Source of the DNA: Octopus vulgaris
Lineage: Eukaryota
Direction: 5' to 3'
Assembly (NCBI GenBank): GCA_951406725.2
Contig: OX597821.1
Span: forward strand, 47,182,001-47,246,000
DNA length: 64,000 nt
This document shows positions 41,395 through 55,427 of the stretch, piece after piece. The notes beneath the pieces were generated by a model. That model ran no database searches. It had not been told where the DNA came from and saw nothing but the letters and a program-made list of their open reading frames with translations. The translations under genes were made by a program, and so were the position numbers. Positions within the stretch are counted from its first letter, which is position 1; every line of letters begins with the position of its first letter.

Positions 41395-41739
41395 ATAAAT
41401 ATATGCCATCCGACCAAAACAAAAATCGCAATCTCATCTCATAACAACAATACGGCACAGCTATTTCACCTCAATTGGCCACGCTCTCTTTAATATTAAA
41501 CCAAAACACATTAAAACAGAAACAGACCCTATAGGGTTCAAGAAGTCTTTGGACAGATTCCTTCAAGAAATCCCGGATAAAACCCCTACACCCGGATATG
41601 TCTCTGTAAACAATAACTCTCTACTTGAGTGGGCCATAGTGCCCAAATTCTGACTTGAAAGACTTCACCAGGTGGTGCTATTAAGTTAGACATGGCCTGG
41701 GCCAATAATGGCCGAAACCTATCAAAGTATCAAAGTATA
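41395..41739 (+). mobile_element. CR1/L2-group LINE 3' end
   Basis: IRHSYFTSIGHALFNIKPKHIKTETDPIGFKKSLDRFLQEIPDKTPTPGYVSVNNNSLLEWAIVPKF* (stop 41651-41653), short 3' UTR and (TATCAAAG)n tail; inverted copy of the tail at 41259-41381. Confidence 0.78.
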
Positions 41740-41751
41740 TATATATATGTG

Positions 41752-41785
<34 letters not shown>

Positions 41786-41893
41786 TGTATGTATGTATGT
41801 ATGTATGTATACATGTATATATGTATTTATGTATATATATATATTTATTTATATGCATTTATATATGCATCTATATGCATTATACATGCATAA

Positions 41894-42019
41894 AGTAAAT
41901 TCTATTTGCCAACGTAAATGGCAGTTCTGCGCAGGGTAATGTTACTACATTTTAACCACAGAAGGTAGTAACATGGGTCTACGCAGGACCGCTACCTTAC
42001 GTTGGCAAATAGATTTTAC
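41894..42019. repeat. Imperfect ~125-nt hairpin (MITE-like)
   Basis: GTAAATTCTATTTGCCAACGTAA..ATGTTACTAC / GTAGTAACAT..TTACGTTGGCAAATAGATTTTAC. Confidence 0.75.
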
Positions 42020-42515
42020 ATGCAGTATAGTTACTACTTAGTTTTCATTCAGAGATTCAAAACTAGCTATTTTACTAATTATATATGTGTGTGTATATGC
42101 GCGTGTGTGTGAGTGTGTGTGTATATGCGCGTGTGTGTGAGTGTGTGTGTATATGCGCGTGTGTGTGAGTGTGTGTGTATGTATATATGTATATATATGT
42201 GTATGTATGTATCTGTATATATAAATATATATATTTTACATATATATATATACATCTCTCTCTCTATATATATATATATGCATGTATATATATATATACA
42301 GAGAGAGAGAGAGCAATAAGAAAATGGAGGAGATCAATAGGTGGTTCATCAACATTTAGACATTATTTTATGCCAATTTACTTATTTATTTACTAAAATG
42401 ACAATTACAAGAATATACATACATGTATAATATATTATGCTTTACATATAAAATATATAAATATATAAAGATACCAGTAATTATTAAAATATAACATACA
42501 GGAATATATATATAC

Positions 42516-42651
<136 letters not shown>

Positions 42652-42969
42652 TGTTGTTTGTCTTGATTTCCATATGTGTCTTTCGTTCTCCGAAAAAATG
42701 GTACATATTCCATTTACTTTGTACATCGTATTTTTTGTTGTACACGTTTCGTGACGTCCTGTGCCCACATATTCATATATACATACACACATATATTTAT
42801 ATATATATATACACACACTGACACACACATAAATATATATATGTATATATATACACACACACACACATACATATATATTCGTATAGATGTAAGTATGTAC
42901 ATATACGTATGTATATATGCATATATAAGTATATATTATTTATATTATATATATATATACACACACACT

Positions 42970-43001
<32 letters not shown>

Positions 43002-43591
43002 AGCAAACTCACACGCACAAATTTACATATTTGCACATATTTATAAGCTCGTATGTGTATATATATATACAATCATACGTATACAGACATACGTATGAGT
43101 AAGGAGCATCAACACATATGCATTTAAAGAGAGAAAGGGAGAGAGATGGGTTAGAGAGGAAGGGAAAAAAATAAAAAGGAAGAAGACACCGAGAGATAAA
43201 TGCAGAAAAGAGACAGGGAGCGAAAGAATTTGGTTATACATATATACATGCATATATGGGAATATAAACATGCATACATACACAGATACAAATATATGTA
43301 TGTATATGAACTTATAAATTGATATCTATATATATATAATGAATATATAAGCATATGTTATATACATAAACTTGAACACAATATATACGCGTGTATCTGT
43401 ATAGGGACACATAAATATATATTCATATACATATTATAATTAAATACATATATATACATAAATACATTGGTATATGCACTCATACACACATACACACATA
43501 CACACACATATCAAATACATACATACATGCATACATACATACATATATACATACACACATACATATACATATATATATACATATATATATA

Positions 43592-43643
<52 letters not shown>

Positions 43644-43871
43644 CATATACATATATGACTATTGAAGTGGTTGCAAGAAGCAACGAAAATTTAGAAAAAC
43701 TAAATGAGTGAAAAGCGAACCGGTGAGTGTGTTAAGTAATAAGGTACTAATAAAAGAGAATGTCTCTCCCCAGACACAATAAAATATATATATGTACATC
43801 TATATATACATACATATGCATACATTCATATATGTACATACATACTTACACACTCACACACATACACACGC

Positions 43872-44614
<743 letters not shown>

Positions 44615-44620
44615 TATTAG

Positions 44621-44666
<46 letters not shown>

Positions 44667-44697
44667 GTTGTTGTTGTTGTTGTTGCTGTTGTTATTG

Positions 44698-44746
<49 letters not shown>

Positions 44747-44747
44747 T

Positions 44748-45304
44748 GAGTGAGAGGGCAGTGCATGCCATCAAAGTGACACTGGAGTAAAATATGCGAA
44801 GCCCAGTATTCTCATCATGCCAACCCGTCTAATAAGGGTGCACCAGGCACATGCATTACAACCATATGTGCATGACATGGTGATCTCCTGTCATGATAAA
44901 CAGCGCATGACCTTGCAGGTGAGGGCCCAGTTAGAATTTTCATCAGGTCGAGTAGCCCAACCCTCTCAAAATGTCCCGGAATAAGGGTTGTTTAAGCATT
45001 TTGAACGAAACAACCATGTTTCCAGAGGTGAATTATTCAGACCCCAAAGAATTTCTGTCAACAGATGGCCATGATACTCCTCAACAACTTTTGCTCATGA
45101 TCAGAGATGCCTATGTTGTCAACCACTGAGGGACATGCTCAACTGGTTTAGGTCGAACAACTGACAAGCAAATTTGTATTAGAAAGCAGAATATTTGTTG
45201 TAGCCCATCCTTTATTCCAAGACAAAAAACAATATACATGATACCACTTCCAATCAGCTAAGATCAGAAACCATGAGAGTCACTACCTGGTACTGCATCA
45301 GGGC
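44748..45304 (-). mobile_element. 557-bp non-coding element embedded in (AAT)n, copy 1
   Basis: Near-identical to 45660-46216; homologous to 61028-61542. Confidence 0.8.
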
Positions 45305-45315
45305 ATTATTATTTA

Positions 45316-45379
<64 letters not shown>

Positions 45380-45387
45380 CATTATTA

Positions 45388-45426
<39 letters not shown>

Positions 45427-45433
45427 GTATTAG

Positions 45434-45479
<46 letters not shown>

Positions 45480-45510
45480 GTTGTTGTTGTTGTTGATGTT
45501 GTTATTGTTG

Positions 45511-45569
<59 letters not shown>

Positions 45570-45600
45570 GTTGTTGTTGTTGTTGCTGTTGTTATTGTTG

Positions 45601-45658
<58 letters not shown>

Positions 45659-45659
45659 T

Positions 45660-46216
45660 GAGTGAGAGGGCAGTGCATGCCATCAAAGTGACACTGGAGT
45701 AAAATATGCGAAGCCCAGTATTCTCATCATGCCAACCCGTCTAATAAGGGTGCACCAGGCACATGCATTACAACCATATGTGCATGACATGGTGATCTCC
45801 TGTCATGATAAACAGCGCATGACCTTGCAGGTGAGGGCCCAGTTAGAATTTTCATCAGGTCGAGTAGCCCAACCCTCTCAAAATGTCCCGGAATAAGGGT
45901 TGTTTAAGCATTTTGAACGAAACAACCATGTTTCCAGAGGTGAATTATTCAGACCCCAAAGAATTTCTGTCAACAGATGGCCATGATACTCCTCAACAAC
46001 TTTTGCTCATGATCAGAGATGCCTATGTTGTCAACCACTGAGGGACATGCTCAACTGGTTTAGGTCGAACAACTGACAAGCAAATTTGTATTAGAAAGCA
46101 GAATATTTGTTGTAGCCCTTCCTTTATTCCAAGACAAAAAACAATATACATGATACCACTTCCAATCAGCTAAGATCAGAAACCATGAGAGTCACTACCT
46201 GGTACTGCATCAGGGC
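45660..46216 (-). mobile_element. 557-bp non-coding element embedded in (AAT)n, copy 2 (tandem duplicate)
   Basis: Offset 912 bp from copy 1; one substitution noticed (TAGCCCATCC vs TAGCCCTTCC). Confidence 0.8.
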
Positions 46217-46227
46217 ATTATTATTTA

Positions 46228-46306
<79 letters not shown>

Positions 46307-46326
46307 TATTATTATTATTATCATCA

Positions 46327-46402
<76 letters not shown>

Positions 46403-46405
46403 GAA

Positions 46406-46441
<36 letters not shown>

Positions 46442-46458
46442 GAATATTATTATTACTA

Positions 46459-46507
<49 letters not shown>

Positions 46508-46822
46508 CATCATCATCATCATCATCATTATTATCATCATCATCATCATCATTATCATCGTCATCATCATCGTCATCATCATCATCATCATCATCATTGA
46601 AAGCCTGAGGTACTATATAATGTACATATCTATATACGTACATTCATACATAAATTTATACATGTTCAGTCCACTTCTGCACGAATGCCTCTGTATGTCT
46701 CCCCACCAACCACGGTCTGATGTTTTTTTCATCCATGTTTGGCCGCCGAAGAATTTAATAAAGTCTTCATTCCAACAATATGTATAAATACAATCATTCA
46801 TCCATACTCTAATTACTTAATG

Positions 46823-46912
<90 letters not shown>

Positions 46913-46919
46913 TCCTTCT

Positions 46920-47007
46920 TCCCTTTTTTCCTGAGCGCCTAATAATACTTTAATTGTTCCACCTCCTTGCGTTGTTGTCTTTTTTGTTTTCTTGTTTGGA
47001 TTAACTT
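46920..47007 (+). mobile_element. Penelope-like terminal fragment in (TA)n
   Basis: CTGAGCGCCTAATAATACTTTAATTGTTCCAC..TTGTTTGGATTAAC; reverse copy at 51503-51577; related to the end of the 16735 element. Confidence 0.6.
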
Positions 47008-47891
47008 TATATATATGTATATATATACACATATACATACACCCATACATATATGTATATATACATAAACATGGATATTTACGCATATAGTGTATATATG
47101 TATATATATACATATATAGAGAGAGATAAATAGATATATAGATATATATGCATACATACACATATACATGAATGCATGTAGGTATGGGTGGATATATGTA
47201 TTTAATTTAAGGACTTAACTGTGCAACCCGTAAATTTAACATTTAACTGATTTTCAATAGAACAATAAACGGTATATAAAAATACATACATACATATATA
47301 TGTACATACATATATATATTGATAAATATGTATATGTATATGCACACACACACACACACATATATATATACACACAAACATATATATACATGTCAGTATA
47401 TATGTACTTGTGAATTTGTATATATGTAAATATGTACGTCTCTAAAGTAAGCGGAAACTCACTATCGGGCGTGCGGGCAACAGCAGATATTTTCAGGAGA
47501 GCTCCCGTCAAGCAAGTTTTTCGGTCCTTTAGTTCCTGACACTCTAAAGTAGACGCGCAGACCGAGGCAATGGCGCCTGGGTATCTTCCTGCTGTTTTAC
47601 AAATGCTATGTTTAATAGGGATTGAACGCAGAACATTCAGTTGATGTTATTTTTTTTAACTGCCGTGTATATCTCTCGCCCACGAAGTACTTGCACAGTT
47701 GATCAAATTCACACTGTGTTTTTCACCCCTCTATCGTTTCTTTTTGTCCACAGCACTACTGAATTCTTTTCAGCCGTCTCTGAAAAGCGTTTCATTGTTG
47801 CTGTTCTTTTGGAAACATTGACTCCGAGCTAACCTTGTAGTCGCCATATGAAGGCCGCAACAAACCCTGATGGTCAGATTCCACTGCCTGT

Positions 47892-47928
<37 letters not shown>

Positions 47929-47929
<1 letters not shown>

Positions 47930-48133
47930 GAAAAGTTCCTTGCTTTGGGTAAAAGAAAATACAGGCGGATCAGATAATTACGATTTTATTCAACATATTC
48001 CCCTCTCAGATTCACACATTTATTGCAGCGGCCCTTCAGTTTTTCTAAGTATTTAAAAAGAACTCAGAAGCTTGGGCCTCCATCCATGATTTTCGTGATA
48101 CCCTCAAAGCTTGGAACTTTTCAGTACCTCCTC

Positions 48134-48134
<1 letters not shown>
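47929..48134. mobile_element. mariner-derived MITE
   Basis: Right end GGAACTTTTCAGTACCTCCTCG|TA; left end TGAAAAGTTCC with the outer TIR part replaced by (TG)n. Confidence 0.7.
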
Positions 48135-48171
<37 letters not shown>

Positions 48172-48174
<3 letters not shown>

Positions 48175-48341
48175 CGCAGGAGTGGCTGTGTGGTAAGTAG
48201 CTTGTTTACCAACCACATGGTTCCGGGTTCCATAATAATATGGCACCTTGGGCAAGTGGCTTCGACTATAGCCTCGGGCAGACAAATGCCTTGTGAGTGG
48301 ATTTGGTAGACGGAAACTGAAAGAAGCCCGACGTATATACG

Positions 48342-48412
<71 letters not shown>

Positions 48413-48530
48413 ATATCCCCGTTACTGGGCTTACAAAATAATAAGTCCCGGGGTCGAGTTGCTCGATTAAAGGCGATGCTCCAGCATGGCCGCAGTCAAA
48501 TGACAGAAACAAATAAAAGAGTAAAAGAGA
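48172..48530 (+). mobile_element. SINE family B with internal deletion
   Basis: AGGCGCAGGAGTGGCTGTGTGGTAAG head, internal (TG)n, standard tail. Confidence 0.88.
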
Positions 48531-48544
48531 ATATATATATATAT

Positions 48545-48632
<88 letters not shown>

Positions 48633-48683
48633 ATATATATATACAAAATTAGGGACCAGGAGTAGATAAAATCTAGAAACCTA

Positions 48684-48766
48684 GGCTACATATGTTTCAT
48701 TGCTAGCAGAATTTGGAAGTAGTAACTATCCAAATTAGGAGTAATCCGCTAACGGCTCGTCAGGCC
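48684..48766 (-). ncRNA. Hammerhead ribozyme motif with ~58-nt stem II
   Basis: GGC-CUGACGA-[GCC GUUAGCGG..AAUUUGGA..UCCAAAUU CUGCUAGC AAU]-GAAAC-AUAU-GUA-GCC. Intact core, stem I GGC/GCC, palindromic ACAUAUGU at stem III. Confidence 0.75.
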
Positions 48767-49002
48767 AAATAAACCTTAGTAAAAAAAAAAGGTTTACATT
48801 GTCATTAGGGATCCCATGTTGACTGCAGGACACACACACATACACATATGTATGTATGTATTTACCAATGTACTTAGATATATGCATTATACGCAAATAT
48901 ATACAAACATGTATGTATGTACATGTGTGTACGCGTGTGTATGTGCATGTATGTATGCATGTATATGTAATATGTTTGCATGCGTGTGTGTTTCTATGTA
49001 TG

Positions 49003-49045
<43 letters not shown>

Positions 49046-49047
<2 letters not shown>

Positions 49048-49238
49048 TCGACCCCGGAACTTATAAGCCCATATATGCTATCGGTCTCTTTTATAGTGTG
49101 CGTGTGTGTGACACACAAACATATACACACACATACATATATATATATACATATATATATATATACATATAGCAGAAGACACAAGATGCCACGCATACTG
49201 AATACCATGTGGTTGGTTAGCAAGCTACTTACCACACA

Positions 49239-49241
<3 letters not shown>
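49046..49241 (-). mobile_element. SINE family B, deleted copy
   Basis: ACCATGTGGTTGGTTAGCAAGCTACTTACCACACAGCC and CTCGACCCCGG match family B. Another remnant at about 49860-50065 (+). Confidence 0.7.
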
Positions 49242-49275
<34 letters not shown>

Positions 49276-49425
49276 TAATATATAGATATATATGTAGGTA
49301 TATATGTATATGATTGTATATATATATATATATATATTATATACATATATACGTATATATATATATATACTCACATATATATATATACTAATATATAGAT
49401 ATATATGTAGGTATATATGTATATG

Positions 49426-49461
<36 letters not shown>

Positions 49462-49465
49462 TATA

Positions 49466-49698
49466 CAGGGTGGCCCAAAATTAGGTTTACCCTTATTCAA
49501 CTATCTCTTTCGCATTCATACATTAACTGATTAGATCTGAATCATAAAAAAATATAAAACCATTATTCTTTGCTAATTAAGTTAATTTTGTCGGGGTCCC
49601 TTTTCAGTTTGTAAGATGGATATTTAAATGTAATAAAATGTTTTAAAAGTAATTTAAAGTGCCTGCGTGATAACTGCAAACCTAATTTTGGGCCACTT

Positions 49699-49700
<2 letters not shown>
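49466..49700. mobile_element. Tc1/mariner-type MITE with TA TSD
   Basis: TA|CAGGGTGGCCCAAAATTAGGTTT ... AAACCTAATTTTGGGCCACTTTG|TA. Confidence 0.88.
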
Positions 49701-49788
<88 letters not shown>

Positions 49789-50327
49789 TACATATATATA
49801 CACACACATATATATACACATGCATATATATATATATATATATTTATTTATTTATGGAGATACTTTATGTGTCTATGCTTGTTTTCCTCCTAATGCTTGA
49901 CAATTGTTGTTGATGTGTTTACGTTCCTGTATCCCAGCGATTCGGCAAAAGGCTCCGACGGAGTAAATACCAGGTTTCATAAACGAAAAAGTACGGGGTA
50001 CAATTCTAAAAAGTTTTTCTAAAGCAGTTCCCCACCATCGCCGCAGTTCAAAATAAAACATAAAAGATATATATCGAAAAAATTCAGTTTTGGAACAGTT
50101 AACTGCGAATAATATTGAGTTAAAGAATTCTTTCAGTAAGATAAATCGACGGCTGCCTTTGGATTCGAAATCTTCAAGCATTCTATCAAAGTTAACCATT
50201 TTAAAAACTTCATTCTTTACTTCATTCTTGTAAGTTGTTCACGGTTCGAGGGTCACCGTTAACCAATAATAATTATTTCACGCTCTGTTGAAGCTTCTAA
50301 ATTCTTATGACATCAACAATATACACA

Positions 50328-50365
<38 letters not shown>

Positions 50366-50599
50366 CATGTGTGCATACGTGCGTATGTGTGTGTGAGTGT
50401 GAGTGTGTGTATGTATAAGTATCTTTGCATGTATGTATGAATATGAGTGTACATATATATTTTCGTGTGTATATATAGATATATTTATGCATATATATAA
50501 GAATACACACATACTGATATGCATATACTTACACACCATATAAATATAATATACATATACACACACATAATATATATGATATATATATATATATGTATA

Positions 50600-50635
<36 letters not shown>

Positions 50636-50695
50636 CATGTATATGTGCATGTCTATATATACATATATTATAGATAGAGAGATAGAGAGATAGAG

Positions 50696-50764
<69 letters not shown>

Positions 50765-51199
50765 TGATATGGACAAACAAATATCTTCAAATATGAGGTG
50801 ATACTTTGGTCGTTAAATCCGTAAATATAGGCCTTAGTCTGGATGTCTGTATGTGCGCGTATGTGTAAATGTGTCTATGTGTGTGTGTCTGTGTGCCTGT
50901 GCGTATGTGTGTGTGTCTATGTATTTGTGTGTGTGTATTGAAAGAAGCTAATATGTTAATAATATTCAGATGTGTGCATACTGCTACGTATATATGTATG
51001 ACTGTATGCGTACATGTATCTAAACATGTACGTATATTTGTATATAAGTATATATACTTATATATAAGTATATATACTTATATATATGTGTGTGTGTATA
51101 CACAAACGTCACTAAAAGTGACTAGGAGTTCACCCTTAGTCACTTTTAGGGACGTTTGTATTTTATGTCTTTTGCTTTTAAACTGACTCTAGTCACTTA

Positions 51200-51246
<47 letters not shown>

Positions 51247-51257
51247 TATATATACAC

Positions 51258-51292
<35 letters not shown>

Positions 51293-51389
51293 GTCGACCT
51301 CGGTGGAATTTGAACTCAGAACGTAAGGCCAGACGAAATACTGCTAAGCATTTCGCCCGGCGCGCTAACGTGTCTACCAGCTCGCCGCC
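51293..51389 (-). mobile_element. SINE family A head, inverted duplicate of the 51767 copy
   Basis: Shares private variants and 5' flank with 51739-51860. Confidence 0.85.
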
Positions 51390-51455
51390 TTTATATATGT
51401 GTATACATATATATGTATATATATGTATATGTATATATATATATGTGTGTGTGTT

Positions 51456-51501
<46 letters not shown>

Positions 51502-51597
51502 TAAGGTTAATCCAAACGGGAAAAACAGAAAAAACAACAACACGTGGAACAATTAAAGTATTATTATTAGGCGCTCATATATGTATATATATATATA

Positions 51598-51737
<140 letters not shown>

Positions 51738-51766
51738 TTACATATATATGTATACACATATATAAA

Positions 51767-51992
51767 GGTGGCGAGCTGGCAGGCACGTTAGCGCGGGCGA
51801 AATGCTTAGCGGTATTTCGTCTGCCCTTACGTTCTGAGTTCAAATTCCACCGAGGTCGACTTTGCTTTTCATCTTTTCGGGGTCGATAAATAAAATACCA
51901 GATTCGCACTGGGGTCGATGTAATCGACTTAATCCCTTTGTTTGTCCTTGTTTGTCCTCTATGTTTAGCCCCTTGTGGGTAGTAAAGAAATA
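51767..51992 (+). mobile_element. SINE family A, full length
   Basis: Colinear with 235-464. Confidence 0.9.
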
Positions 51993-52345
51993 TATATATA
52001 CATACACAGATGAGCGGACGAATGGATGGATTGATGGATCGATGGGTGGATGTATGGATGGATTGATGGAAGGATGTAAACAAACTGATATAAAAATTGC
52101 GATGATCTACCTTGAGAGAGATTAACATATTTTTTCCTAAAATCTGAACTCTTTAATCACAAACACTACGCTCTTCCACACACCCATACGCGCAACCATT
52201 CACACATACACCCAAACACACAAACACGTATATCACCTGAGAAAACACATTCATACACAAATATGCACCGAGATACATGTAGTTTTATATCTTATTGATG
52301 TTATATAATAGAGGAACACATATACACATACATACACATTATATT

Positions 52346-52392
<47 letters not shown>

Positions 52393-52444
52393 GCATATAT
52401 ATGTTAATATTTACAGTTATATGTATTTCAGGTGTGCACACATT

Positions 52445-52479
<35 letters not shown>

Positions 52480-53195
52480 ATACATGCATACACACACTCA
52501 CACGCACACACACACATACACACCCTTGCACACAACACACATAATATATTCAAATAGATAGATGGACAGATAGATCGTTGAATTACACTCAACAAGATTA
52601 ATATTAATCACTGCCTTAATTACACTGCCTTAATTTGTTAAAATTCATTCAACCATAAGTGGGTTAAATCGACAATACTTTATTTCATATATATTTTTTT
52701 TTATTTTCGAAAATATCTTGCTGATCCAGAGATATCTATTTTATTTTATTTTGTCTTCAATTATTGTTTTTCATATTGCTGGGGGTGTTATTAACTTTGT
52801 TTTATGGTTAGTTTTGTGGTAATGTTTTTCAACCTTTATTTCAGTTTAGCTAGAAATTTCAAATAAATACTTTTCACATAACCAGTAGGAATTATTAATC
52901 CTTTCTATTAGAGGAACATGGCCTGGAGGAGCTAGTCAATTTCATCGATCCCAGTGTCAAACTGGTACTTGTTTAATCTACCCCGAAAGGTTGAAAGCAA
53001 AATTGACCTCGGCGGAAGGTCGACTAAGAATTAATAATAAATTGTTGTTTTATTTTGAGCCACAAATGTATTTTGGTTTGCATGTCATCATTGTACTACA
53101 AAGAGTTACTGTTGAAGTTGTGATCCCAGTTGGTGCTGGTATATAGCATATACATACTTATGAAAATATGTATATATGTTTATGTATACACACAC

Positions 53196-53226
<31 letters not shown>

Positions 53227-53240
53227 CATGTATATGTATA

Positions 53241-53312
<72 letters not shown>

Positions 53313-53346
53313 AATGTATATATGTATATATGCATATATATATATG

Positions 53347-53456
<110 letters not shown>

Positions 53457-53803
53457 CCTTTAGCTGCTATTTCTAATGAGTTCATACGGTATCAAACCTC
53501 CAACATACATCATGGGACGTTCTTATACGTGTCTTTTTCATATATATGTATATTTTTATTTCGTTTGGGGATTTGGTTTGCAAGATTCTTTATGTGAGTT
53601 CGTGTGTTGAAGCATATTCTGTTGTGTCTGGGGAGAGTCATTCTCATTTGGTGCCTTATAATTTAACACACTCACCGGTAAATTTTCCACTTATTTCTTA
53701 TTAATTTTTCAAAAATTTTCGTTGCGTTTTACAATCTTTTCAATAGTTGTTGCATATTTTTACCTTGATAATTTTCTGTCTTATATATTTTATATTTTGA
53801 TTT

Positions 53804-53903
53804 NNNNNNNNNNNNNNNNNNNNNNNNNNNNNNNNNNNNNNNNNNNNNNNNNNNNNNNNNNNNNNNNNNNNNNNNNNNNNNNNNNNNNNNNNNNNNNNNN
53901 NNN
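53804..53903. other. Assembly gap (100 N)
   Basis: Run of N. Confidence 1.
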
Positions 53904-54076
53904 GTCAAAGGCTGTAAAAAGTCCCACGAGGGAAACTTTAAGATTAATGACTTATTCATGCATCACCCAGCTTTACTGCTCATGCAAGAATGATTTTTCT
54001 TGTCCAAAAATGTCGCCACGGAAGAGGGAGGATACGAAAGCTTTGTTTAATCAGTCACTCTCCTATAACAAGAGCG

Positions 54077-54125
<49 letters not shown>

Positions 54126-54479
54126 GAGTGAGAGAGAGAGAGCTTATATGCATGAAACTATGAATACAAAGAAACCAAAGTCAGCGAGGAGAAATACTTA
54201 AACGTGGAAAATAAACAAATAAAAAGATTTAAAGCAGTATACGGGAAAGGAAGATGGCGCCTGTATAGACTGAGCTATAACAAACGGATGTGAAGAAAAT
54301 GGAATAGACGTGGAAGGTTAATGGAAAATGTCTGTGAGACAAAGCGATAATGATGTAAAAAATTGCAATAAGGACAGACATCAGTGACTGGATAATTTAC
54401 CACTGTCCTTTTATCAATAAAAACATAAACGAAATTTCATCGAGTTTATTGACTGACGTTGTACACAACACATCAGAAA

Positions 54480-54860
54480 TGGCGTCGTTAATATCACAGC
54501 AGAAATGATGTTAATCCCACCATACTAACAATGTTGTTAATTTCACAGTAAAAATAATGTTAATCCCACAATCTTAATAATGTTGTTAATTTCGCAGTAG
54601 AAATAGTATTAGAAATAATATTGTCAGTACCACAATGGAAATAATGTTAATACCACGGTGGAAATAATGTTGTTAATCCCGCAACAGATATAATATTCTT
54701 GCTTTCACGGTTGATATAATGTGTTTAATCCTGCAGTAGAAATAATGTTAGTTATTACAAGTGAAATAATATTGTTAAGCCTACATTAGAAATATTGTTG
54801 TTAATTCCTACAGTTGAATTAATGTTGCTAATCCCACTGAAAATTAATCTTCTTACTCCA
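54480..54860. repeat. Degenerate minisatellite, unit ~26-30 bp (AATGTTGTTAATCCCACAGTAGAAAT-like)
   Basis: About a dozen recurrences of AATGTT(GTT)AAT(C/T)(C/T)CAC. Confidence 0.75.
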
Positions 54861-54946
54861 TACCTCCTTTGATGCTCAATAAGTTCTTTCAAAGAGGTAA
54901 TGTGAATTTTGTCTCTTTTAACAACATTAAAATACACAAACACCAC

Positions 54947-54979
<33 letters not shown>

Positions 54980-55045
54980 CATACATACATACATACATAC
55001 ATACATGCATATATACATACATACATACATACATACATACATACA

Positions 55046-55075
<30 letters not shown>

Positions 55076-55076
<1 letters not shown>

Positions 55077-55352
55077 GTGTTCAGATTACAAGTTCAGGTT
55101 TATACCTGTAATTATTGGGGCACTGGGATATGCAACACACTGCCTAAATACCAATCTTGAGAAATTAGGCTTCTCAAAACTAGAAAAGAGGAAGCTAATT
55201 CGAAGAATAAAGACCCAATCCATTACTGGAACTGCAAAAGTCTGTAAAACTCTCCAGAAGTTTATCATTTAAATATATGTATGAGCATGTCTAGATATGC
55301 AAGTATAAGCATGAGAATCCATACATAAAATAAAACATACAAATCTGCACAT
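55076..55352 (+). mobile_element. R4-clade element short 3' fragment between (TACA)n tracts
   Basis: DYKFRFIPVIIGALGYATHCLNTNLEKLGF...TGTAKVCKTLQKFII*. Confidence 0.85.
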
Positions 55353-55427
55353 ATACATACATACATACATACATACATACATACATACATACATACATAC
55401 ATACATACATACATACATACATACATA

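Noticed and set aside
47455-47890. Possible minus-strand host exon ending at a GTGAGT donor near 47462
   Set aside because: Stops in the frames I read and no recognisable protein; more likely a decayed LINE fragment. Small host exons cannot be excluded without RNA-seq.
53722-54201. 159-aa ORF
   Set aside because: Spans the N gap and a (GA)n tract.
54480-54860. CRISPR-like array
   Set aside because: Degenerate adjacent units without unique spacers; eukaryotic context with no cas genes.
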